From positions 627,521 through 691,520 of the forward strand of contig JBAZJW010000001.1 of the NCBI GenBank assembly GCA_041651055.1: 64,000 bases of DNA. Reading direction: 5' to 3'. Each line of letters begins with the position of its first letter. The stretch's first letter is position 1. Under the pieces are notes generated by a model. That model was given only the letters and a program-made list of their open reading frames with translations, searched no databases and was not told the DNA's origin. Shown piece by piece: positions 1 to 10,600 of this stretch. Made by a program: the position numbers and the translations under genes. This DNA is from Minisyncoccota bacterium. GTDB lineage: Bacteria > Patescibacteriota > Minisyncoccia > Phycocordibacterales > UBA5272.

Positions 1-531
1 ACCAAGCGTTACGATGGTTTTGAGTTCATTAACTCACTTAAGGGAGGTGTAATTCCACAAGAATTCGTTCCTGCGGTAGAAAAGGGGCTTCGTGAATCTA
101 TGGATAGAGGAGCAGTTGCTGGATTCAAACTCGTAGACGTATCATGTGAAGTGTATGATGGATCTTTCCACGATGTCGACTCTTCAGAAATCGCCTTCAA
201 ATTGGCTGCCGGAATGGCTCTTTCTGATGCGCTCGCAAAAGCAAAGCCAGTTATCCTTGAACCAATCATGAGAGTGGAAATCGTTACGCCAGATAAGTTT
301 TATGGAGATATTACAGGAAACCTCTCATCAAAGCGTGGTCAAATCGAAGGAATGGATGAACGCGGTATGGATAAGGTTGTGAAAGCGCTTGTTCCATTGT
401 CAGAAATGTTCGGATATGTGAACTCACTCCGCTCAATGACAGAAGGACGTGCGACGTTTACGATGGAATTCGCAAAGTATGATGTGGTTCCACAGAATAT
501 TGCGAAGGAAATTGCGGAGAATAAGAAATAA
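1..531 (+). CDS. fusA: elongation factor G, C-terminal part (5' end lies outside the window)
   Basis: Frame-1 translation from nt 1 gives ...GFKLVDVSCEVYDGSFHDVDSSEIAFKLAAGMA...GRATFTMEFAKYDVVP, a conserved EF-G domain IV/V C-terminus; stop at 529-531. Confidence 0.9.
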   Translation, partial: TKRYDGFEFINSLKGGVIPQEFVPAVEKGLRESMDRGAVAGFKLVDVSCEVYDGSFHDVDSSEIAFKLAAGMALSDALAKAKPVILEPIMRVEIVTPDKFYGDITGNLSSKRGQIEGMDERGMDKVVKALVPLSEMFGYVNSLRSMTEGRATFTMEFAKYDVVPQNIAKEIAENKK

Positions 532-577
532 TACCGCTGAAAGCTAGAAGCTGGAAGCAAAAGACAGAATACAATAC

Positions 578-616
578 AAAGAGCGACGCCTACGGCGTCG
601 CTCTTTGTATTTTTCC
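578..616 (+). terminator. rho-independent terminator after fusA
   Basis: AAAGAGCGACGCC-TACG-GCGTCGCTCTTT hairpin followed by GTATTTTT. Confidence 0.7.
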
Positions 617-639
617 TAGAAAGTGAGTATCCCCACCAT

Positions 640-652
640 GTAAAAGTATAAT
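640..652 (+). promoter_or_regulatory. putative -10 (TATAAT at 647-652) for the first surface-protein gene
   Basis: TATAAT 36 nt upstream of the ATG at 688, preceded by a tatcccca motif also seen upstream of the two paralogs at 4403 and 7602. Confidence 0.35.
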
Positions 653-687
653 TCACCATGTAAGGTGTACACTGTAAAGTATTACTT

Positions 688-3600
688 ATGAAAAAATATA
701 TACTACCCGTGCTTTTATTGGCGTTGTCTTTTACAAGCGTTCAAGCACAGGCAGCGCCAACAACTTCTTCAAGTTGTACAGATCTTCCATATAACTTAGG
801 TTACGGATCTAATGATAGATATACACAAGGGGGTGTGACTCGTCTTCAGAATTTTCTTAATGCAAATGGTTTCTTGAAAGCACCCTCATCTGGATTTTTT
901 GGAAACGGAACAGTTTCTGCTGTGAAAGATTTTCAAGCAGCTAAAGGATTGAATCGTTCTGGGTATGTGGGGCAACAAACAAGAGATTTAATAAAGAGCA
1001 TGACATGTGGAGGTTCTGGGGTAGGTGCTACCTCCGGAGCTGTTTGGTCTACTTTTCTTGCAACACCAACTCTTGTCTCAACTTCTCCTGTATCTCAATT
1101 TGTAACAGGTGGTTCAAATTTCGGTATTGCAACATTTAGAGTTAGGACTGCACAATCAGGAGTACAGACGACAGTGAGAGAGCTACGCTTTTCTACAACA
1201 GGTACTGATGCAATTCAAAGCATTACTGTTGGTGGAATAACGGCTCCAGTTGTTGGTTCAGGTCTCGGTGCTACTACAACTATTTCAGGTCTCAACATTC
1301 CCGTTACTTCAAATGGTGCAGATATTCCTGTAACAGTGAAGTTTTCCGGATTTCAGAATACGACATCAGGAGGATTTCTTATTGCAGATGTTCCTGATGT
1401 AAAAGTAACCCTTGGTTATGTAGAGGCAGTAGATAGTACATCTGGTAGAGTTATTTACAATGCCTCAGCGGTTAGTTCAAATACTTTTACACTCGTTGCT
1501 TCAAAGCCTTCTGTAACAGTTGGTTCAGGCGGTCAGAATAGTCTTGTTCTTGGTGCTGAAAATAAAATAGGGGAGTTTACAGTGAGTGCTGACGCGAACG
1601 GGAAAATAGGCATGAGAACTTTAGTCCTATTACTTTCAACAATTGGAATCACAAATCCAAGCTTCTTGTCTCCAAGAATAACTGATGGAAATACAGTGGT
1701 AACGTTGTCTGATATATCTGTGTCAGGAGGTGGTACTGTAAACATAGCTTTCCCTTTTGCTTATGAAATACAAGCAGGGCAGTCAAAAACATTCTCACTT
1801 TACGCAACGGTGAAAGGTACTCAGACAAGTGGCACCATTGTGCCCTCTGTTAGTTCCCGATTTGCTCCAAGTAACTCTTTTGCTTGGACTGATATCTTGG
1901 GTGGGAACATACCACAAATGAGTGATAACATCCCAACGAATAGTTACACAACAAGTAGGAGTGGTTCAAGCGTTGCTGCTCCAACTGTTACCGCTTCAGA
2001 ACCAGTGATTAAAATAGAGGCTTCATCTGCAAATAAAACAAACAACTCAGCACTATCTGTAAACATCGGTGACACGTTTACTGTTTCAGGTGCCCCACAA
2101 AATATACAAGGATTGTCTTATTACAGTGGTAATGGATATCCAACGACAGGGTATTACAGTAGAGCTTTCTTCTTTGATCAAAACTTTGGTAACAATAATG
2201 TTTGCGGAAACAATGACGCTGCCACAAATGCGGTTTGGACAATGACATGTACAGCGAAAGTTTCTGGTTCAAGTAATTTCTACATAGAAATTTATGCAAA
2301 TGGTCAAGTATATAAATCAAATGTGGTTAATGTGACAGTGAATCCCTCCACCGCTGTTGTTACACCATCAACACCTATGGATCTTTCTGATACGACAATG
2401 TATGTCATGAGAATGTCGGCAGGATTAGTCCCTACGGATATGCGTTATGATATTGATGGTGACGGAAGAATCACATCTGCAGATGCAATTGCTTATTCTA
2501 AAGTAACTTCGATGCCAGATGTGGCGACATATAAAGATATTGCTAAATATGTTCTTAAGATGGCAGTAGGACTTTTCCCTAAAGATCTTAAGTATGACTT
2601 AAATAAGGACGGAAGAATTTCATCAGCCGATGCTTTGGCATATGAAAGATTAAGTATTCCAGTAGTTCCGACTGTTTCGCCAACAACACCTTCAGCTCAA
2701 ACACCATCCCCTGTAACATCTTATCCAACCCCAACGAATTCACCAACTGTTCCCACAACTCAAACACAGGTAATCCCTCAGTCTTCTCCAGTATCTACAC
2801 CGAGTGCGATGCCAGATCTTTATGGATACTATTACCTTGATTACAATGCCTCACGTAATGATCTAAACAGCCTTGCTTCATATACAAACTTTGGGTCTGC
2901 TCAATCCGTAGAACAAGTACCACTCCTTGTAAGTAAAGGGTTTAAGAATATTATGTATGTGGCTTTGATTTCTGATTCACTTCAAAAGTTACTTGCGAGT
3001 GAAGGCATTAATGCAAATGGGGGAGTAGGTTCAACGTATGATTTCAGAACTATTCCTAATTATGAAAGTAAAATGCTTGCGGTGTACAAGGAAGATTTGA
3101 TGGCATTGAAGAATAAACTTGCTGCAAATGGAACGCTTGGTAATGTTACGGTGTTCTTTACAGTGGACGAACCAGCACTACACAGAAACTATATCCCTAA
3201 TCAGGCTTTCTTGGAAAATGTAGAGAAGACTTTCAAGACAGTATTCCCAGATAAGAAATCAACAATGGCATTCGCAGAAGATCCTGCAAGCTCAGCATCA
3301 TTCCCATTCCGTGGAGCACATATGAATCCTCCTACTACACTTGATGTCGTAACAGTTGATCCGTATTTCTTTGGAAAGAATACTATTGGGTGTTCTCAGT
3401 CGGAAATAAAGAAATTCCTTTATACAGATAATCCAAATTCTACCATTGGATGGGCGAAGCAGTTCGGTAAGCCTGTCTATGTAGCGGCGGATGCAATGAT
3501 TATTAATGGTTCTGCACTACCAGAGTGTTATTACAAGGAAACATATAATATTGTTAAAGGTGACTCACAAATAAAAGGACTCATTTGGTTTATGTATGAT

Positions 3601-4263
3601 AGTTCATTTGGTGACGATGTTAGTAAAGGTACATCAGTAAATCCATCTTTAATTAATTTAATTAAAGGATTTACAACAGTGCCAACGGTCACCTTAAATA
3701 ATTTTGTTCCCTCTACTATTGAAGTAGGTAAGAATTCTATTATTTCATTCACTTCAACAAACGCGGACACATGTATCGGTACAGGAACAGGTCCAAATGG
3801 TCAGGCGTTATGGAATGGTAACTTAGGGGGAACATATACACCAGCAGGTGGGAAAAGTACCGCTAATCTATATCCATCAGGAATGAGTGCTGGTATCTAT
3901 TCACAAACAATTACATGTACGGGGCTTGGTGGATCAGCAACATCTGAAACAAAAGTGCTTACTGTTGTTCCAAAACTAACAATGGCAGCTGGTTCTTCAA
4001 ATTCTCGTGTTCTAGGTGCATATGCAACAGGGGTGTGTACAAATCTCCCATACAACATCCATCGTGGTAACGAGTCATCATCAACTCGTAACCTTCAGTC
4101 ATTCCTCATCACAAAAGGATTACTTGATGGTAATGCTACCGGCTTCTACGGAGATAAAACAGTAGAAGCAGTAAAAGCATATCAAGCATCAAATGACCTC
4201 CCAACTACAGGCATGGTCTACTCTTTCACACGAGAAGCTATACGAGCTGAAAGCTGCCAGTAA
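688..4263 (+). CDS. giant secreted cell-surface protein with N- and C-terminal PG-binding-like domains, Ig-like repeats, a dockerin-like module and a possible glycoside-hydrolase-like domain
   Basis: 1191-aa ORF. Signal peptide MKKYILPVLLLALSFTSVQAQA. N-terminal C...LQNFL..G.L....GFFG..T..AVKDFQ..KGL...GYVG..T domain ending in a Cys. Two 22-aa Ca-binding repeats YDIDGDGRITSADAIAY and YDLNKDGRISSADALAY. Pro/Thr-rich linker. C-terminal copy of the PG-binding-like domain ending AESCQ. Confidence 0.85.
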   Translation: MKKYILPVLLLALSFTSVQAQAAPTTSSSCTDLPYNLGYGSNDRYTQGGVTRLQNFLNANGFLKAPSSGFFGNGTVSAVKDFQAAKGLNRSGYVGQQTRDLIKSMTCGGSGVGATSGAVWSTFLATPTLVSTSPVSQFVTGGSNFGIATFRVRTAQSGVQTTVRELRFSTTGTDAIQSITVGGITAPVVGSGLGATTTISGLNIPVTSNGADIPVTVKFSGFQNTTSGGFLIADVPDVKVTLGYVEAVDSTSGRVIYNASAVSSNTFTLVASKPSVTVGSGGQNSLVLGAENKIGEFTVSADANGKIGMRTLVLLLSTIGITNPSFLSPRITDGNTVVTLSDISVSGGGTVNIAFPFAYEIQAGQSKTFSLYATVKGTQTSGTIVPSVSSRFAPSNSFAWTDILGGNIPQMSDNIPTNSYTTSRSGSSVAAPTVTASEPVIKIEASSANKTNNSALSVNIGDTFTVSGAPQNIQGLSYYSGNGYPTTGYYSRAFFFDQNFGNNNVCGNNDAATNAVWTMTCTAKVSGSSNFYIEIYANGQVYKSNVVNVTVNPSTAVVTPSTPMDLSDTTMYVMRMSAGLVPTDMRYDIDGDGRITSADAIAYSKVTSMPDVATYKDIAKYVLKMAVGLFPKDLKYDLNKDGRISSADALAYERLSIPVVPTVSPTTPSAQTPSPVTSYPTPTNSPTVPTTQTQVIPQSSPVSTPSAMPDLYGYYYLDYNASRNDLNSLASYTNFGSAQSVEQVPLLVSKGFKNIMYVALISDSLQKLLASEGINANGGVGSTYDFRTIPNYESKMLAVYKEDLMALKNKLAANGTLGNVTVFFTVDEPALHRNYIPNQAFLENVEKTFKTVFPDKKSTMAFAEDPASSASFPFRGAHMNPPTTLDVVTVDPYFFGKNTIGCSQSEIKKFLYTDNPNSTIGWAKQFGKPVYVAADAMIINGSALPECYYKETYNIVKGDSQIKGLIWFMYDSSFGDDVSKGTSVNPSLINLIKGFTTVPTVTLNNFVPSTIEVGKNSIISFTSTNADTCIGTGTGPNGQALWNGNLGGTYTPAGGKSTANLYPSGMSAGIYSQTITCTGLGGSATSETKVLTVVPKLTMAAGSSNSRVLGAYATGVCTNLPYNIHRGNESSSTRNLQSFLITKGLLDGNATGFYGDKTVEAVKAYQASNDLPTTGMVYSFTREAIRAESCQ

Positions 4264-4305
4264 CAGCTTAAAGCTAAAGGCTGGAAGCTAGAAGAAAATA
4301 CAGAG
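4205..4305 (+). repeat. ~100-nt segment identical to 11005-11105 (3' end and 3' flank of two paralogous surface-protein genes)
   Basis: Direct comparison of the two stretches ...ggcatggtctactctttcacacgagaagctatacgagctgaaagctgccagtaacagcttaaagctaaaggctggaagctagaagaaaatacag... Confidence 0.85.
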
Positions 4306-4335
4306 CGACCCCGAAGGGGTCGCTCTCTATTTTGC
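4303..4335 (+). terminator. rho-independent terminator
   Basis: AGAGCGACCCC-GAA-GGGGTCGCTCT hairpin followed by CTATTTTG. Confidence 0.7.
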
Positions 4336-4345
4336 CTTATCCCCA

Positions 4346-4351
4346 TATACT
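4346..4351 (+). promoter_or_regulatory. putative -10 (TATACT) within the conserved tatccccatatactaatcaaa upstream motif
   Basis: Motif shared with 7541-7563 upstream of the paralog at 7602. Confidence 0.3.
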
Positions 4352-4402
4352 AATCAAAAATTAGAAATAAGGAGTTATACTTACTTTATATTCTAATATC
4401 CT

Positions 4403-7400
4403 ATGAAAAAATATATACTACCTGTGCTTTTATTAGCGTTGTCTTTTACAAACGTTCAAGCACAGGCAGTGCCTACAACTTCTTCAAGTTGTACAGATCT
4501 TTCATATAACTTAGGGTATGGGTCTAATGATGGACGCACAAACGGAGAAGTCACCAAGCTTCAGACCTTTTTGAGTTCATTAGGTTACTTAAAAGATAAA
4601 CCTAATGGTTATTTTGGTAGGAGTACTTTTGGGGCTTTAAAAAGTTTTCAATTAAGCAAAGGTTTAACCAATTCTGGATATGCAGGACAGCAAACAAGGG
4701 GTGTGATTAAGAAGATGACGTGTGGTAGTATCCCGACTTCTTCTATGAATTCTTCGGACTTCAAGTTTCCCGATCAAACATCTGTACTAACAAAGTCCAG
4801 TGTGCTTCCCAAACTTGTAGTAAGTGGAACACAATCAAAACCAGGCCTCGTCTTGTGTGGTGATGGTGTAGTGGACAAACCGTCCATAGACGCTGGCCCC
4901 ATTCTCACAAGTTGTTTTCTGGCGAATAAAAATGCCGGAATTATTGAACTTTTACCTGGAAAGTATTATATAAAAAGTACTATTGATATCGGCAATCTTT
5001 CAAACATCACTATTAAAACAAAGGGTGTTTCTTCCGGGTCAGCCTGTTTACAGGTGGGTTCGGCACCATGTGCTGTTCTTTTTGCAACAGCAGATAATAA
5101 AGGGCCTGTGATTTTGAAGAGTGAGGGTGCTTCAAAGCTCAATCTTTTTTATATTGCGATTGATGGAAATCGTCTTGCAAGATGGTCGCCGGGCACTACT
5201 CCTAATTGGATAAAAAATAATGAGACTGATAAATATGGTACAGCTTACAATGCGGCAATTCGTTACTGTGATAAGTGTCATTTTACAGGGTTTGCATCGG
5301 TGCGTGCTCCAAAAGGGACAGGGTTAGAGTTTATCGGTGCTGATGCAGTTTTTGATACCACCTTGTTCAGTGATAATGGTTGGCAGTTGTCAGATTGGTT
5401 TTCGAGCAATCCAGAAGCAGGGGCTTTTGCTGATGGGTTAACAGCTCTTATTTCAGAACGTATTGTTATTCGTAATTCAGAATTTTCTAATAATTCAGAC
5501 ATAAATCTTATCTTGGGGGACGCACCAGGGGCAGTTATTGAGAATAATATAATAAAAAGTGATAATAAGTTTGTTTTTGCGGGACTTATGGTTGATAATT
5601 TTATGCGTATTAACAATGTAATCAAGGGTCGTTTTGACGGTACTGTTATTAGAAATAATACTATCAGTTGTGGTAATGGATTATGTGGAATTGGTATTGA
5701 TGTTGGTCCGTATCTTTGGTATGCAAAAAAAGGAGAAACTAATGTGGATGTTGAACGAGTAACTGGTGGAATAATTGCAAACAATACAGTTTTTGGAGCA
5801 CGTCAAGGTATTTTAGTTTCTGGGGCTTCGGGTACTACAATTAATAATAATACTGTTAATGTTGCTGGTACATTTAAGACACCTGTTGGTCATTATAAGA
5901 AATTGAATGATTATCAAACAAGAGAATGTGTTACAAACAGTATATCTGCTTCTCAAGGCGATACGGTAACTATTTCTGATAATAAAAATAGTCAAGGGCA
6001 AACTGTTGTTACTACTTCGAATGAACTACGTGAATGTCACCCGTATGATCTTTCGGATGCTGTTCTTGATCTTTCTGTTCCTACTATCCCACCAACCCCA
6101 ACAGCTGTAATAACTCCTACCGTCACAGCATCCTGGTCACCTTCTATCATTACATCAGGTCAAGCAGCCACACTCACATGGTCATCAACCAACGCAACCT
6201 ATTGTAATGTTTCTCACCCAAACAACACCAATACTTGGAACAATGCTCCAACGAGTCGCACCACCCCTTACTCAAGTGTTATTACATCAGACACTACAAC
6301 TGTTACGTGTTACAACTCTACAGGGCAGTCGGATTCTAAGACGGTAACATTAACGGTGAATCCGGTTATTCTACCAACCCCAACAGCTGTAATAACTCCT
6401 ACCGTCACAGCATCCTGGTCACCTTCTACCATTACATCAGGTCAAGCAGCCACACTCACATGGTCATCAACCAACGCAACCTATTGTAATGTTTCTCACC
6501 CGAACAATATTAATCCTTGGAACAATGCTCCAACGAGTCGCACCACCCCTTACTCAAGTGTTATTACATCAGACACTACAACCATTACGTGTTACAACCA
6601 AGCAGGGCAGTCGGATTCTGAGACTGTGACGTTGACGGTGAATCAGCCATCTTTTTGTACAGACTTTACATATTCTGATTATAGTCTTTGTCAGTCTGGT
6701 GGTATAAAAACAAGATCAGTTGTGTCTTCTTCTCCACAAGGATGCACTGGAGGGGTCCCTTTAACGTCTATTAGTTGTTCGTATGTTGTCAAGACAACTA
6801 AAGTAAATACTCTCTACAACATTTTTCTCCGCAGAAATTCTGATCCGTCAGGGGAGCTATCGTTTCAGAATCAACTTTCAAAGGGGGCTACTCTTGCTGA
6901 TGTAGCTTGGGTCCTTCTTACCTCTCCAGAAGGAATTGCTACTAACGGAGTCAATGTCCAGACCATGTCTGTTGATTCTTATGTTGAGTTTCTTTACACA
7001 GCAGTTTTGAAGCGTCCTTCAGACGTAGAAGGTAAAAGATATTGGGTTGCTACTGTTAACGCAGGAGTGACGCGTAAGTCAGCCCTTAGTTCTTTTCTTG
7101 ATTCCCCGGAATCAAAAATAACTAACTCAAATCTTTTCCTTTCATATAATTTACAAAATTCTTCATCTATTTCGGTTGACGATAAAAGTATCCCAACTGT
7201 GCTTGGTGATTATATATCCGTACCTTCGTGTATCAATCTTCCACAAAACCTTCATCGCGGAGCAGAATCTTCGTTAGTTAGGCTCCTCCAGTCATTCCTT
7301 ATTGCAAAAGGATTGCTTGCTGGTAATGCAACCGGTTTCTACGGAGACAAAACAGTAGAAGCAGTAAAAGCATATCAGTCTTCTGTGAACCTCCCAGCTA

Positions 7401-7456
7401 CTGGTATGGTGTATGACTTTACTCGTAACGCTATTAAGGTAGAGAGTTGTCAGTAA
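4403..7456 (+). CDS. giant secreted surface protein: PG-binding-like N- and C-terminal domains, right-handed beta-helix (pectate-lyase-like) repeats, two tandem Ig-like repeats, DUF4214-like segment
   Basis: 1017-aa ORF. Signal peptide MKKYILPVLLLALSFTNVQAQA; first ~130 nt nearly identical to 688-820. NN(T/I)I..N/G-rich parallel beta-helix repeats (NNTISCGNGLCGIGIDVG). LYNIFLRRNSDPSGELSFQNQL resembles DUF4214. C-terminal LQSFLIAKGLLAGNATGFYGDKTVEAVKAYQ domain. Confidence 0.85.
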   Translation: MKKYILPVLLLALSFTNVQAQAVPTTSSSCTDLSYNLGYGSNDGRTNGEVTKLQTFLSSLGYLKDKPNGYFGRSTFGALKSFQLSKGLTNSGYAGQQTRGVIKKMTCGSIPTSSMNSSDFKFPDQTSVLTKSSVLPKLVVSGTQSKPGLVLCGDGVVDKPSIDAGPILTSCFLANKNAGIIELLPGKYYIKSTIDIGNLSNITIKTKGVSSGSACLQVGSAPCAVLFATADNKGPVILKSEGASKLNLFYIAIDGNRLARWSPGTTPNWIKNNETDKYGTAYNAAIRYCDKCHFTGFASVRAPKGTGLEFIGADAVFDTTLFSDNGWQLSDWFSSNPEAGAFADGLTALISERIVIRNSEFSNNSDINLILGDAPGAVIENNIIKSDNKFVFAGLMVDNFMRINNVIKGRFDGTVIRNNTISCGNGLCGIGIDVGPYLWYAKKGETNVDVERVTGGIIANNTVFGARQGILVSGASGTTINNNTVNVAGTFKTPVGHYKKLNDYQTRECVTNSISASQGDTVTISDNKNSQGQTVVTTSNELRECHPYDLSDAVLDLSVPTIPPTPTAVITPTVTASWSPSIITSGQAATLTWSSTNATYCNVSHPNNTNTWNNAPTSRTTPYSSVITSDTTTVTCYNSTGQSDSKTVTLTVNPVILPTPTAVITPTVTASWSPSTITSGQAATLTWSSTNATYCNVSHPNNINPWNNAPTSRTTPYSSVITSDTTTITCYNQAGQSDSETVTLTVNQPSFCTDFTYSDYSLCQSGGIKTRSVVSSSPQGCTGGVPLTSISCSYVVKTTKVNTLYNIFLRRNSDPSGELSFQNQLSKGATLADVAWVLLTSPEGIATNGVNVQTMSVDSYVEFLYTAVLKRPSDVEGKRYWVATVNAGVTRKSALSSFLDSPESKITNSNLFLSYNLQNSSSISVDDKSIPTVLGDYISVPSCINLPQNLHRGAESSLVRLLQSFLIAKGLLAGNATGFYGDKTVEAVKAYQSSVNLPATGMVYDFTRNAIKVESCQ
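6092..6655 (+). repeat. tandem duplication of a 282-nt (94-aa) Ig-like domain unit inside the 4403-7456 CDS
   Basis: ccaaccccaacagctgtaataactcctaccgtcacagcatcctggtcacc... occurs at 6092 and again at 6374 with about 95% identity. Confidence 0.9.
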
Positions 7457-7513
7457 TAGGCTGTAGTTAATAGGTTTTGGTTGATGTGATACGAAATACA
7501 GAAAATATGAAAA

Positions 7514-7538
7514 GTGGCCACAAAGTGGCCGCTTTTTG
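7514..7538 (+). terminator. rho-independent terminator
   Basis: GGCCAC-AAA-GTGGCC hairpin followed by GCTTTTTGTG. Confidence 0.55.
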
Positions 7539-7553
7539 TGCCCCTATCCCCAT

Positions 7554-7559
7554 ATAATA
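7554..7559 (+). promoter_or_regulatory. putative -10 (TATAAT) in the conserved tatccccatataataatcaaa motif
   Basis: TATAAT 43 nt upstream of the ATG at 7602; ggaaggggg SD-like at 7573-7581. Confidence 0.35.
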
Positions 7560-7601
7560 ATCAAATAATGAAAGGAAGGGGGTATACTTAACTCATATCC
7601 T

Positions 7602-10600
7602 ATGAAAAAATATATTCTATCCACTCTTTTATTCGCCATATATCTTGGGTTTACAGGGGCTGAAATTGCATCAGCTGTAACGTCTTCTTATTCCATAGCT
7701 CCAGACGTAAACGTACCAGTAGTAACACTCTCTTCAAATGGAAAAAATGTTGTAAATGGTAGCACGGTTTTGATTTCTGATCGTAATGAAGCTACTCTGT
7801 CTTGGACAAGTGTGGGGGCAACGTCGTGTACCTTAAATGGTGTGGCTATACCAACTTCAGGTTCACAGTTATTTAGTAATTTCAAGATTGATTTTGGTTA
7901 TGCTGGTAACATTTTTAGTTGTACAAATGGATTTAAAAGTTCAAGGATACTATTTGACACACTCGGCCGGTCTACTAATGTAGAATCTATAAATATTAGA
8001 GTGATTCCACAATCTACATATGATGTGCGACCAGGAGAACCTGCTCAAATTGCTATCGAGGGTCAGGGTTTTAGCTCATGTACATTAGAATCTGAAGGGG
8101 CTCTTATTAAACTTGTCGAGCCATCAACTAATACAGTACACATAACGCCAGCCCTACAAAAAAATACAACATTCAAAGTTACTTGTACTAGGGGTGAATA
8201 TACTAAAGTTAAGGAGTTTACCATCGAGGTAATTCCAATTAATCCAGTTAAGTCAAAAACTTGCCCATTAGGACAAATCTATTATAGTGCTGAACCGGCC
8301 ATGGTTAATGGTACATATAATAGAGCTTATTTAGGGTGTGCCGAAGCCAAACCTTTTACATGTCTAGATGGATCCACTGTTTACACTAAGATTTTCGATA
8401 AAAGTTCTTCGTTCGCAATAAACGCTCAAGCGTGCTCATATCCAAATGTTACTGACAGTGCTTTATTCGTTAAGGTGGGAGAGGGGGAATATATAGATAG
8501 TCAAACAGAAGGAGTCGCTAATATCACCATTCCTGACAGTGCAAGCGGTAAAATTCTCGTGCTTTATAGTGATAATCCTGTGCATTGGATAATTGCCAAC
8601 CCAAATCATGTTCTCATTAAAAAAATACTTATCTTAGAATTAGAAAGTGGTCTAAATACTCAGCGTGCTGATGGGGATATTCAAAACATACCTCTAGAAA
8701 AGATAAAACTAGGTGGTCGTTTTGGGAATATTACTACTAACTTATTAGGAGGGTTCTATGGGGAGTTATCAGATGAGGTAAATACTTTTTTTAAAAATTC
8801 AGGAAATGATATCAGAGCTCTTATTGTTAGTCTTCTTAAACAAGGTATTTCTTTATCTCCTTACGACTACTATTATGCAAGCAGAGCAAGTGCTTTACCT
8901 GTTGGGGTATCTCCATCACCTACACTGTACACAAAGAAACAGAGTGAAATAGATGCAAAGAAAGCAGAAGAAGATGCAAAGAAAAAAGCAGCAGATGCTG
9001 CAATTGATCGTTTCTGGTTAGGATATAAATTTGCTTCTGGACTTAGTTTTCATAGTTATGTATACGAAAATAAAAATGTTTCAAATGATGCGATATTACA
9101 AAATAGCTATTTTTACTCAGCTGGACCTAGTCCTGTGCCTACGACAAAAGCAGAAGCGATCACTCGATGCAAGGATGACATATTGAGTAAAGTCGGCCAA
9201 GTAGCTCAATGTAAATGGAATGGAGAAGTCTTTGCTTCTTCAACTAATCCTTTACCTATGATGGATAACAAGCTTCTTTTTCCAAGTGGCGCATACAGTG
9301 AATATGATGGGTCTACGCTTATTTACTCTAAGCCTTCAATCTCTGCTATTAATGCAAAAGTTTTCTGTGACATGAGTAAGACCGTCCATCCAAATATTAA
9401 GTGTACTTTTGACGGAATTGATACATCGACACTAGATTTCGCTCGAAAAACTCCTGGATTTTTGCAGATATATGGAGATAGGTTTAGTGGATATTCTAAA
9501 TTTTTTAACTCTTTTGCTACTGGTAATGAAGGGTATAGTGCTGAAAATGACTGTATGCATTACTATACGTATCAGAAGCTTGGCTACATTATGCAAGAAC
9601 CCATTTTTACGGGGAGGTCACCAGAGAAGTACAATATAGAAAACTTTGACAAATCAAAAGCAAATGCTTTAAGAATGGCTTGTTATTGGAATGGACACTA
9701 CTTCTTTTCTTCGCCGGCAAATTACGACCCACTTAATAAACTACCTGAAAGTCTTCCCTCAATATCTTTGCCAGGAACATCATTGTTACGGGAAAGTGCG
9801 CCCTTTGTTGAGGTTAAAGCAAATAAAGGAACAATTCAACTTGGTGAATCTGTGACATTAAACTGGAACAGCATGTACACTGATTCTTGTTCTGCAAGCG
9901 GTGCTTGGAGCGGGGAATTAAGTACTTCTAGCAGTATTCGATCTGGATCTATTACTAAAACCCCAACAGCTCTTGGTGAACAAAAATATATTATTTCTTG
10001 TGCTGGGGTTGGAGGAACAGCAAGACATAGTGTGACTGTGAATGTGATATCTCAAAACGAAGTAAGTTCGTCGAATCAAACGAATACCCTTACACAGAAC
10101 ACTTCTGGTGAACGACTTATCACATCGTTAACTGCAAATCCTTCTACTATTTTTGGAAAAGGTACGACCACAATTACATTTACTTCATCTGGTACGGATT
10201 CTTGCTATATTGGAAATACCCGTTTATCGACTTCGGGAGCATACGTTACTCCTGTGCTTACTTATAATCCATCTTACTCTCCTTCGGTTATTTTTACACT
10301 TAAATGTTTTAAGGGTGAAAGTATGACTTCTAGAAATATATCAATCCTCGTCTCTTCTACTTCTTCTCCTTCTGCTGTATTACCAGCAGGTTGTACTTCT
10401 TCAACAATGTATAGTCCAACGACAGGGGTTCGTTGTCTTGCCACCTTAGCAACTACCCCTGTATGTAACTCAGAGCAGTATCTTGAAAACGGTGTTTGTA
10501 AGAATCTGACTCGTATTTGCCCTGATGGAAGAGTTATATCTGCCATGCTTAGTTGTGGTACATCAACGGTAAGCACTACTGCCACATCAAGTCTTTTGGT

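Noticed and set aside
5278-5784. 168-aa minus-strand ORF inside the 4403-7456 gene, and similar antisense ORFs within r-protein genes (e.g. 13535-14101, 14246-14719, 18294-18677)
   Set aside because: They are antisense to strongly supported CDSs, have no independent signals and show biased low-complexity composition.
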